Origin: Octopus sinensis | Lineage: Eukaryota | Direction of reading: 5' to 3' | DNA: 33,317 bases | NCBI RefSeq assembly: GCF_006345805.1 | Contig: NW_021832063.1 | Coordinates: 1-33,317 of the forward strand | Part shown: piece by piece, positions 25,272 to 33,317 of the stretch | Numbering within the stretch: the first letter of the stretch is position 1 | Layout of the letters: each line of letters starts with the position of its first letter | The notes under the pieces: model-generated | What the model was told of the DNA's origin: nothing | The model's database searches: none | The model's input: the letters and a program-made list of their open reading frames with translations, nothing else | Position numbers and translations under genes: made by a program

Positions 25272-25825
25272 GCCCTGATGCAGTACCAGGCAGTGGCTCT
25301 CATGGCTTCTGATCTTAACTGATTGGAAGTGTTATCATGTACATTGTTTTGTCTTGGTATAAAAGATGGGCTACAGCAAATATTCTGCTCAATACCACAG
25401 ATTTGCTTGTCAGTTGTTTGACCTTAACCAGTTGAGCATGTCCCTTAGTGGCTGACGATATGTGCATCTCTGATCACGAGCAGAAGTAGTGGGGGAGCAT
25501 CATAGCCATGTGTTGAGAGGGATTCTTTGGGGTTTGAATAGTTCACCTCTGGAAACATAGGTGGTTCTTTCAACATCCTTAAACAACCCTTATTCAGGGA
25601 CCGTTTGAGCGGGATGGGCTACTCAACCTGAAGAAAATTCCAACTGGGCCCCACCTGCAAGGTCATGTGCTGTTTATCTTGATATGAGATCACCATGTCG
25701 CGCACATATGGTTGTGATGCATGTGCCTGGTGTACCTTTATCAGACGGGTAGTCATGATGGGTATATTGGGCTTCGTATATTTTACCCCAGTGTCACTTT
25801 GATGGCATGAACTGCTCTCTCACTC
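25271..25825 (+). mobile_element. 555-bp non-coding (AAT)n-embedded element, copy 1
   Basis: tgccctgatgcagtaccagg...ctgctctctcactc, flanked both sides by AAT repeats; highly similar to 28624-29166 and 29232-29770. Orientation inferred from variable 5' and fixed 3' ends. Confidence 0.85.
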
Positions 25826-25857
25826 AATAATAATAATAATAATAATAATCCAGTATA

Positions 25858-26055
25858 TAAGCACAAGGCCTTAAATTTTGGTTGGTGTGAGGGTAACAGT
25901 CGATTACATCGGCCCCAGTGCTCAACTGGTACTCTTTTATCGACCTTTGAAAGCAAAGTCAATTTCAGCCGAATTTGAACTCAGAACGTAAAGACAGACG
26001 AAATGCCGTTAAGCATTTTGTCGGTTGTGCTGATGTTCCTGCCAAGCTCCCTGCC
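25858..26055 (-). mobile_element. SINE family B variant with alternative 3' end, old copy
   Basis: Reverse complement of head and centre (gaatttgaactcagaacgtaaagacagacgaaatgcc) joined to a gcacaaggcc-type end. Confidence 0.75.
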
Positions 26056-26909
26056 CCAACAGCCACACCAACGACATCAACAATAATACTATCTTTATTT
26101 AGACCAGTGGGGGTCATTACATATCATATAAACATACATTAAAAGGGCTTACAAAAATGGGTGGGGTGGGGGGCAAAGAACGAAGATGAAAATGTGTGAA
26201 AGACGTTATACAATAAGAGTTGGGACAAGTTTGAAGATTTATAAAAAATAACAGAAATAATGACATTGATTAAAGAATCTGGAGGGGGGGGACATAATAA
26301 TTAAAACAAATATCAAAATTAAAATTTTTCAAGTGGGTTGATTACATAACTTTTTCGTGTCTAAAAGAAAAAAAAATTCCAAGTAAAACCTTTTGGTTAA
26401 AGTAGCAAGTAAGGGCCGACGTCATACATTTGACTGATGTGTAGCATTAGGGGAACTTTAAAAGAGCATCTTATCAATAATAAATTAATTTTGTTTTTAA
26501 ATGTTGTTGTTAGAGACAGAAAGAATATTAATTCAAAATAGCAATCTGTGTATCGTACTTAAAGCAGATAAATCGCTGAAAGCCTTGCAAAAATGTGATA
26601 TCTGCTTTGAGTATGATACAGAGTATACTATTTTGAACTAATATTGTTTTTGTTGCTCATAATGAATCTTAATTCAGCATACTTGCTAATTATTAGTGAT
26701 TCTTCAATCACTATTTTCCTCTATCAGTAGTGGCTGATTGTTATCTTAGCATTCTAGTACTAATGGATAATTAATATTGACGAAGCCCATGAAGACAAAA
26801 ATAGCAATTCCATCACAGCTGCTGGCAGATTTTACATTTTAAAAACTATACGTCTATTCGAGATGCTTTCTCGATGCAAAAACTGCATTTCATAAGGCTT
26901 TCAACTATG

Positions 26910-27289
26910 TACTTACTTACTTGTACTTGTGGCGACATTCACTCTGGGCGGGTTGAGTCGGCTTCTTCTACTCATGGAAGAAGTTTCGTGGGAATATGTG
27001 GGTTTCACAAGCGGTCCCCAACAATCCTGCATGTGGAGACATCCTGTTTGCCGCAGATTGTCCGTAGACGCAGGGACAGAACGACCGAGGAGCCGCCGCC
27101 GGTTGCCGAAACAGACAATCCGAGGATTTTTCACCAGAGCCTCGACTGCCGGGTTGTGGCCCTAATACCACTCGGTGTCAGACCAATCCGCCTTGGATGG
27201 GTGGCCCTACCAGGAATCGAAGTTCCCGACAGCATAGCTCTGACACTACCCGTTGCCAGTGTCCCCACTACGATGAGAGGGGGTGGAGA
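26910..27289 (-). mobile_element. 380-bp RTE-derived non-autonomous element with 7-bp TSD
   Basis: AACTATG at 26903-26909 and 27290-27296; GC-rich; minus-strand 5' part agagctatgc...gtagggccaccca..ccaaggcggattggtc resembles RTE/BovB 5' UTRs (from recall); 3' (AAGT)n tail. Confidence 0.7.
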
Positions 27290-27603
27290 AACTATGCATT
27301 TGTTTTAAGTATGATACTAAGATTGCTTTTTCTTTTTGTCAGTTACCATCACTCTCCTAAATAAGAAACTCTCGAAACTCCTCATACGTTTTATATGCGT
27401 CATTAATCATTAACTATGCACAGGACAATAAGCTTAATATAAATTTTCTTGCTAAGAGAAATTTTCTTTTCAAAAGAGTTGGATACCTCGCACTCCTTGA
27501 TTGTCCTTCACGTTTCTTTCTATCTTCCGTTGGTAAGAGATCGTTTCGCATTTTATTTTGTTTCTTACCATCTCTCAGTTTCCATCTAGCCTCACAAATT
27601 GAT

Positions 27604-27824
27604 GGCGAGCTGGCAGAAACGTTAGCGTGCCGGGCGAAATGCGTAGCCGTATTTCGTCTGCCGTTACATTCTGAGTTCAAATTCCGCCGAGGTCGACTTT
27701 GCCTTTCATCCTTTCGGGGTCGATAAATTAAGTACCAGTTACGCAATGGGGTCGATGTAATCGACTTAATCCCTTTGTCTGTCTTCTTTGTGTTTAGCCC
27801 TTTGTGGGTAGTAAAGAAATAGGT
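27604..27824 (+). mobile_element. SINE family B monomer
   Basis: ggcgagctggcagaaacg...gtagtaaagaaataggt. Confidence 0.95.
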
Positions 27825-28014
27825 ACTACTGTGAAGAGGTGGAGGTTTCGGCACAGACAGGTAAAAAGATCTCGTAATTTTATCGGTCAGCCTCCAAAAA
27901 CCTCATTAACCTCCAAATGCTGAGGCAACTCACATCACCTTTTGAGTCTCTCTCCAACCAACCTGTTGTTTCTAATAAGTTCGGTGATTTGTTGACTAAG
28001 TATATGCCACACAC

Positions 28015-28361
28015 CTTAGTCGTCAGCACGTCTAGTTCGTCATCAAGATCCTCAAGATCCTCAAGATCTGGATATCAATTTGCTTGCTGCACAACTGATG
28101 AAGCTGCAACATATTTGCCTGAGACCTGATTCACGAGAGAATTTATTCAAATAGAACGAAAAAACACAAAGTCTGCTGACAAAATGAAATACACTACTTA
28201 CCTTTAATTTGTGCCTCGAGCGACTTTGCTTGTTCATTAAAATGCGAAACGTTATCCAAAACAATGTATAGAGAAAATTATGATAATATATATATATTTA
28301 CTGGCAGCTTCAATACATTAGACAAGATTTTCAGCTCCACTAGTTGTATCTCTTTTTCTTC
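28015..28361 (-). pseudogene. Possible two-exon fragment of a disrupted gene or spliced ncRNA
   Basis: Acceptor ttttcctcttctatacAG at 28362, donor AAG|GTAAGT at 28201, short intron, acceptor at 28119 (or 28126), donor AAG|GTGTGT at 28014. The joined frame has two in-frame stops. Confidence 0.25.
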
Positions 28362-28532
28362 CTGTATAGAAGAGGAAAACGCCGTCACACTTATATCGGC
28401 AATTTCATTACTGACACTAGCGGCCTGGAATGTATCCAGGACCTCCTCGAGGCAGTAGTGATGGACGAGAAGTGTGGCGGGCGGACCGTGTTGTTGTGGC
28501 CCAGGTTGGAACTCGGTCATAATAATACAATG

Positions 28533-28610
<78 letters not shown>

Positions 28611-28623
28611 TAACAATAATATA

Positions 28624-29166
28624 AGTACCAGGCAGTGGCTCTCATGGCTTCTGATCTTAACTGATTGGAAGTGTTATCATGTACATTGTTTTGTCTGGTA
28701 TAATAAAGATGGGCTACAGCAAATATTCTGCTCAATACCACAGATTTGCTTGTCAGTTGTTTGACCTTAACCAGTTGAGCATGTCCCTTCGTGGCTGACA
28801 ATATGGATCTCTGATCACGAGCAGAAGTAGTGGGGGAGCATCATAGCCATGTGTTGAGAGGGATTCTTTGGGGTTTGAATTGTTCACCTCTGGAAACATG
28901 GGTGTGGTTCTTCAACATCCTTAAACAACCCTTATTCAGGGACCGTTTGAGCGGGATGGGCTACTCAATCTGAAGAAAATTCTAACTGGGCCCCACCTGC
29001 AAGGTCATGTGCTGTTTATCTTGATATGAGATCACCATGTCGCGCACATATGGTTGTGATGCATGTGCCTGGTGTACCTTTATCAGACGGGTAGTCATGA
29101 TGGGTATATTGGCTTCGTATATTTTACCCCAGTGTCACTTTGATGGCATGCACTGCTCTCTCACTC
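28624..29166 (+). mobile_element. (AAT)n-embedded element, copy 2 (lacks first ~13 nt)
   Basis: Near-identical to 25271-25825; AAT tracts on both sides. Confidence 0.85.
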
Positions 29167-29221
<55 letters not shown>

Positions 29222-29231
29222 TAATAATAAA

Positions 29232-29770
29232 TGCCCTGATGCAGTGGCTCTCATGGCTTCTGATCTTAACTGATTGGAAGTGTTATGTACATTGTTTTGT
29301 CTTGGTATAAAAGATGGGTTACAGTAAATATTCTGCTCAGTACCACAGATTTGTTTGTTATTTGCTTGACCTTAACCAGTTGAGCATGTCCCTTGGTGGC
29401 TGACGATATGTGCATCTCTGATCACGAACAGAAGTAGTGGGGGAGCATCATAGCCATGTGTTGAGAGAGATTCTTTGGGGTTTGAATAATTCACCTCTGG
29501 AAACATGGGTGTTTCGTTCAACAATCCTTAAACAATCCTTATCAGGGACTTTTGAGCGGGATGGGCTACTCAACCTGAAGAAAATTCTAACAGGGCCCCC
29601 CTGCAAGGTCATGTGCTGTTATCTTGATATGAGATCACTATGTCACGCACATATGGTTGCGATGCATGTGCCTGGTGTACCCTTATCAGACGGGTAATCA
29701 TGATGGGTATACTGGGCTTCGTATATTTTACCCCAGTGTCACTTTGATAGCATGCACTGCTCTCTCACTT
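29232..29770 (+). mobile_element. (AAT)n-embedded element, copy 3, tandem to copy 2
   Basis: Separated from copy 2 by 65 bp of (AAT)n; 10-nt deletion between two GCAGT repeats near the 5' end; more diverged. Confidence 0.85.
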
Positions 29771-30258
29771 AATAATAATAATAATAACAATAGAAGAGAT
29801 ACTGGTGCACAGTGTACCGATCACGAATGCAATTGTTGCAGTATGGCGAAAACTTCTGCAATCATTACATCTTTTTTCTTTTTTTTTTCTTTTCTTCTTT
29901 TTTTCTTTTCTTCTTTTCTTTTTTGAGACAGCTATTACCAGGTTGAGTCGATACGAAAGGCACCGAACATTTCAAACTGAAATTGGGACGTACAGAACTA
30001 ATTTGGACTATATCTGATGAATAACCAAGTACTCAATCGCATACATCCGATCACAAAAGCCTTTATTAAATGTCTTGTCAATGTGTTAGTTCTCTGTTGT
30101 CCGGAAAATGCCAACAGAGAAGGAAAATCAATAACATTTTCAGATATGCTGCACTCTACCTATGGATGTAAATAATAAAGCTCCGGGTTGAAACTCGATA
30201 ATATGAGTCAAAGAGTTATGATTGAGGGTATTCATCGATATGAATGGTGTTAATACCT

Positions 30259-30487
30259 ATTTCTTTACAACCCACAAGGGGCTAAACACAGAGCAGACAA
30301 CAAGGACAGACAAAAGGATTAAGTCGATTACATCGACCCCAGTGCGTAACTGGTACTTATTTAATCGACCACGAAAGGATGAAAGGCAAAGCCGACCTCG
30401 GCGGAATTTGAACTCAGAACGTAACGGCAGGCGAAATGCGGGAAAGCATATCGCCCGGCGTGCTAATGTTTCTGCCAGCTCGCCGCC
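30259..30487 (-). mobile_element. SINE family B monomer with 9-bp TSD
   Basis: TTAATACCT at 30250-30258 and 30490-30498. Confidence 0.93.
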
Positions 30488-30499
30488 TATTAATACCTG

Positions 30500-30660
30500 A
30501 TAGATAAGAACACTGAATCTGCTGAGCAGTAAATTGTTTCAGAAATATTAACTTGTCCACTGAAGGACGCTTTTCCAAGTGTAAGGACTTTCCAATTCCT
30601 GACTACAGTGCGACTTGGCTACTCGTCCTTAAATGTCTACCACAACTCGATCATCATTGA
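30500..30660 (-). mobile_element. Possible mariner transposase N-terminal relic
   Basis: 30592-30636 minus translates TFKDE*PSRTVVRNW, resembling the mariner HTH motif TFGDEAPS..TV.NW; downstream motifs not recovered. Confidence 0.3.
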
Positions 30661-30684
30661 CTTTCGGTGTTTACTACAATCCAG

Positions 30685-31250
30685 AGATCTTTTCGGTTTG
30701 AACGGCAGTTTTTTCTAGCGGTGTCATATGAAATTGTCACCCATAATTATGACCCTAGTATCGATCTATTGCATTTCAATCTATTTTAGGGTTAAGGTTA
30801 GGGTGGGGGGGAAGGGTATCTTTTTTTTTCTTCACAAATGTAAATAAACCCAATCTGTTTCTTAAACGAGGGACATATTCATACGGCACAGAATGCTTTT
30901 TAGCTCAATAGACGTCATTGATTGGTTGAAATTGCAGATATTGAAGATAAAAACCAACAAATATCTTACAAACTATAGAATTTTCTCAATAAAGCCAAGA
31001 GAAAAGGATGTTTTATAAACACATTCTACCAGTATACGAAGTTTAAAAGTGTTTAGTTACGTGGAAATTATTTTAAAAAACTGCCGTTCAAACCGAAAAG
31101 ACCCAAATATCTTACAAACTATAGAATCTTCTCAATAAAGCCAAGAGAAAAAGATGTTTTATAAACACATTCAACCAGTATACGAAGTTTAAAAGTGTTT
31201 AGTTACCTAGAAATTATTTTTAAAAACTGCCGTTCAAACTGAAAAGATCC
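30685..31250 (-). mobile_element. MITE copy M3 (30685-31103) plus tandem duplication of its last ~145 bp
   Basis: Same TIRs and body as M2; caaatatcttacaaactatag...aaaagatcc repeated at 31104-31250. Confidence 0.9.
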
Positions 31251-31537
31251 CATTGCAGTCATGTGACTACTCGTAAATGTGTTCAGTCAGAAACCTTATC
31301 AAACTTATCAGGTTTTTCAGAAGCTGATACATAAAGAACGTTGGAATTGGGAAATTTTCAGCATTTTCCTTACCAGCAGCAAACCTGATTCTAATGAATT
31401 TTTGCGTTAATATTATATACTGCTTAATAAAAATAATAATAATGGTTCCAAATTTTGGGTACCAAGGACAACAATTTTGATGAGGGGGTTAGTTGATTAC
31501 ATTGACCCCAAAGCTCATCTGGTATTTGTTTTGGGAA

Positions 31538-31757
31538 GGCGGCGAGATGGCAGAATCGTTAACACGCCGGGCGAAATGCGTAGCCGTATTTCGTTTGCCA
31601 CTACGTTCTGAGTTGAAATTCCGCAGAGGTCTTTCATCTTTTCGGGGTCGATAAATTAAGTACCAGTTACGCACTGGGGTCGATATAATCGACTTAATCC
31701 GTTTGTCTGTCCTTGTTTGTCCTCTCTGTGTTTAGCCCCTTGTCGGTAGTAAAGAAA
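31538..31757 (+). mobile_element. SINE family B monomer
   Basis: ggcggcgagatggcagaatcg...gtagtaaagaaa, with a small internal deletion. Confidence 0.92.
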
Positions 31758-31962
31758 ATGTCCCTCGTTTAAGAAACAGATTGGGTTTATTTACATTTGT
31801 GAAGAAAGAAAGATACCCTTCCCCCACCCCTAATCCTAGCCCTAATTAACCCTAACCCTAAAACAGATTAAAATGCAATAGATCGATACTAGGGTCATAA
31901 TTATGGGTGACAATTTCATATGACACCGCTAGAAAAAACTGCCGTTCAAACCGAAAAGATCC
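31757..31962 (+). mobile_element. MITE copy M4, half element with one TIR
   Basis: gtccctcgtttaagaaacag...aaaaaactgccgttcaaaccgaaaagatcc; inverted relative to M3. Confidence 0.88.
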
Positions 31963-32289
31963 AAAAAGATTTCTAAGCTCACTCTCATGTCCTGAGTAAA
32001 TTTTGGGGAGGTGCTGAGAAAGAACTTCAGATTTTTTTTTCCTCAAAAACTTCACAAATCGCCTGAAAATTCAAAACATAATAGAACAAGATCAATAATT
32101 TACTTCATAGAGTTATATGACTGTTTTAACAATGAAATCAGGTGAAGGCAAAGATATTGGAAAGGTTTTATCGTCCTTCTATTGTTTAATGATAATATTT
32201 GATAACATTTTCGGTATTTGCACATCGCTGCCACATCAGAGAAGAATGCCAAACAGGAACTCAGAGCAGATTCTTTCTAAAACCAAATA

Positions 32290-32488
32290 TACTCTTTACT
32301 CTCTACTCTTTTACTTGTTTCAGTCAGTTACCTGCGGCCATGCTGGAGCAAATCGACCCCAGGACTTATTCTTTGTAAGCCTTAGTACTTATTCTATCGG
32401 TCTCTTTTTGCCGAACCGCTATGTTACGGGGACGTAAACACATCAGCATCGGTTGTCAAGTGATGTTGGAGGGACAAACACAGACACA

Positions 32489-32570
<82 letters not shown>

Positions 32571-32732
32571 CGACAGGCTTCTTTCAGTTTACGTCTACGA
32601 AATCCACTCACAAGGCTTTGATCGGCCCGAGGCTATAGTAGAAGACACTAGCCCAAGGTGCCACGCAGAGGGACTGAACCTGGAACCATGTCGTTGGTAA
32701 GCCAGCTACTTACCACACAGCCACTCCTGCGC
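32290..32732 (-). mobile_element. SINE family A, full length
   Basis: Reverse complement of all modules, from the gcgcaggagtggctgtgtgg head to the (gtaaagag)n tail. Confidence 0.93.
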
Positions 32733-32949
32733 AAATATGTTGATTATTTTGGCATCAAATCAGAACCAAATGATTCTGACGGCTCAGTCCCAGAGTAGTG
32801 GATTCACCTGTTGTAAACGACAGTTAAGAGTTCCGCAAATTCTTGTTGAACAGATGATTCGTTTATAGTGATCAAATGTATCTGTTGCTCACTCTCTCCG
32901 TCAAATCAGCATTTCCTGTACAAGCGCAATTTTGTGCAACATGTTAGCA

Positions 32950-33049
32950 GTCGCAGTGATTGCAGAGCAACGTGAACTGAAGTCCAGGAATCGAAACCAC
33001 GATCTAGCGATCATTAGTGCAACACCCTAACCACTAGGCTACGCGTCCC
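32950..33049 (-). mobile_element. SINE family C tRNA-like head, internally deleted
   Basis: A box TAGCCTAGTGG (33031-33041), B box GTTTCGATTCC (32987-32997), then ttcacgttgctctg; no complete cloverleaf. Confidence 0.7.
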
Positions 33050-33208
33050 AGCACATGGTGTTGCACAGATAACCCACCAATCTTCTGACGATAACGCTAT
33101 GCGATTGAAGTCATTGGTAAAATTTGAACTACTATTTTAACAAGTGTCGAATTTTGGAAAGGCAGCCGCTTCTATCTCACAGCAATTATTCAAGCAATTA
33201 AACAATCA

Positions 33209-33316
33209 TTATCCATGGGTTTTATTTTTATTTTTTGCTTGAATTTCCTCCGGTATCTGCTGTGGGGGTGTTGAGGACTGCAGCTCACCCGGCTTCTGCT
33301 CCGTTCGCAAATAGTA
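33209..33316 (-). CDS. Possible 3' end of an ORF entering from beyond the window
   Basis: 35 open codons YYLRTEQKPGELQSSTPPQQIPEEIQAKNKNKTHG* in a locally GC-richer patch; product not recognised. Confidence 0.2.
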   Translation of the reverse strand, partial: YYLRTEQKPGELQSSTPPQQIPEEIQAKNKNKTHG

Positions 33317-33317
33317 C

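Noticed and set aside
27075-27100. HDV-like L3 motif GGC-TCCTCG-GTC in the RTE-derived element (minus strand)
   Set aside because: No matching P1 or P2 strands found upstream or downstream.
26874-27308. 144-aa plus-strand ORF
   Set aside because: Antisense to the GC-rich RTE-derived insert and crosses its TSD boundaries; no recognisable domain.
28070-28080. In-frame TGA as selenocysteine
   Set aside because: No SECIS-like element recognised, no redox motif, and a TAA stop in the same frame.
28095-28130. Other CTGANGA motifs (28095, 30015, 33085, and inside the AAT element)
   Set aside because: No GAAA in register (GAGA or GAAG instead), or no stems I and III.
25271-29770. CRISPR-like or satellite reading of repeats separated by AAT tracts
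   Set aside because: Units are ~555 bp, spacers are microsatellite, and there are no cas genes; eukaryotic context.
32980-33049. tRNA gene candidates (this and the SINE A/B heads)
   Set aside because: A and B boxes are present but there is no complete cloverleaf, and each runs into SINE body sequence.

Overview
AT-rich, repeat-saturated eukaryotic DNA. The SINE, MITE and microsatellite repertoire points to an octopus/coleoid genome (inference, not a database result). There is no intact protein-coding gene, tRNA, rRNA or CRISPR array, and nearly all long ORFs in the track are microsatellite artefacts. The window holds about 20 tRNA-derived SINE copies or fragments of three families, four copies of a ~410-bp TIR MITE, and decayed retrotransposons: a Penelope-like thumb plus GIY-YIG segment, an R4/Dong RT-CCHC-RLE segment, a probable L1/Tx1-like ORF1 and a LINE 3' UTR. 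It also holds a 380-bp RTE-derived element with a TSD and three copies of a ~555-bp element always embedded in (AAT)n. The best novel signal is a complete type I hammerhead ribozyme fold at 12915-12985 (+), about 400 bp from the Penelope-like relic. Other leads are a shared LINE/SINE 3' tail, recurrent SINE dimers with the same junction, a 116-bp near-perfect inverted repeat 1.8 kb apart, and a possible spliced pseudogene fragment at 28.0-28.4 kb.
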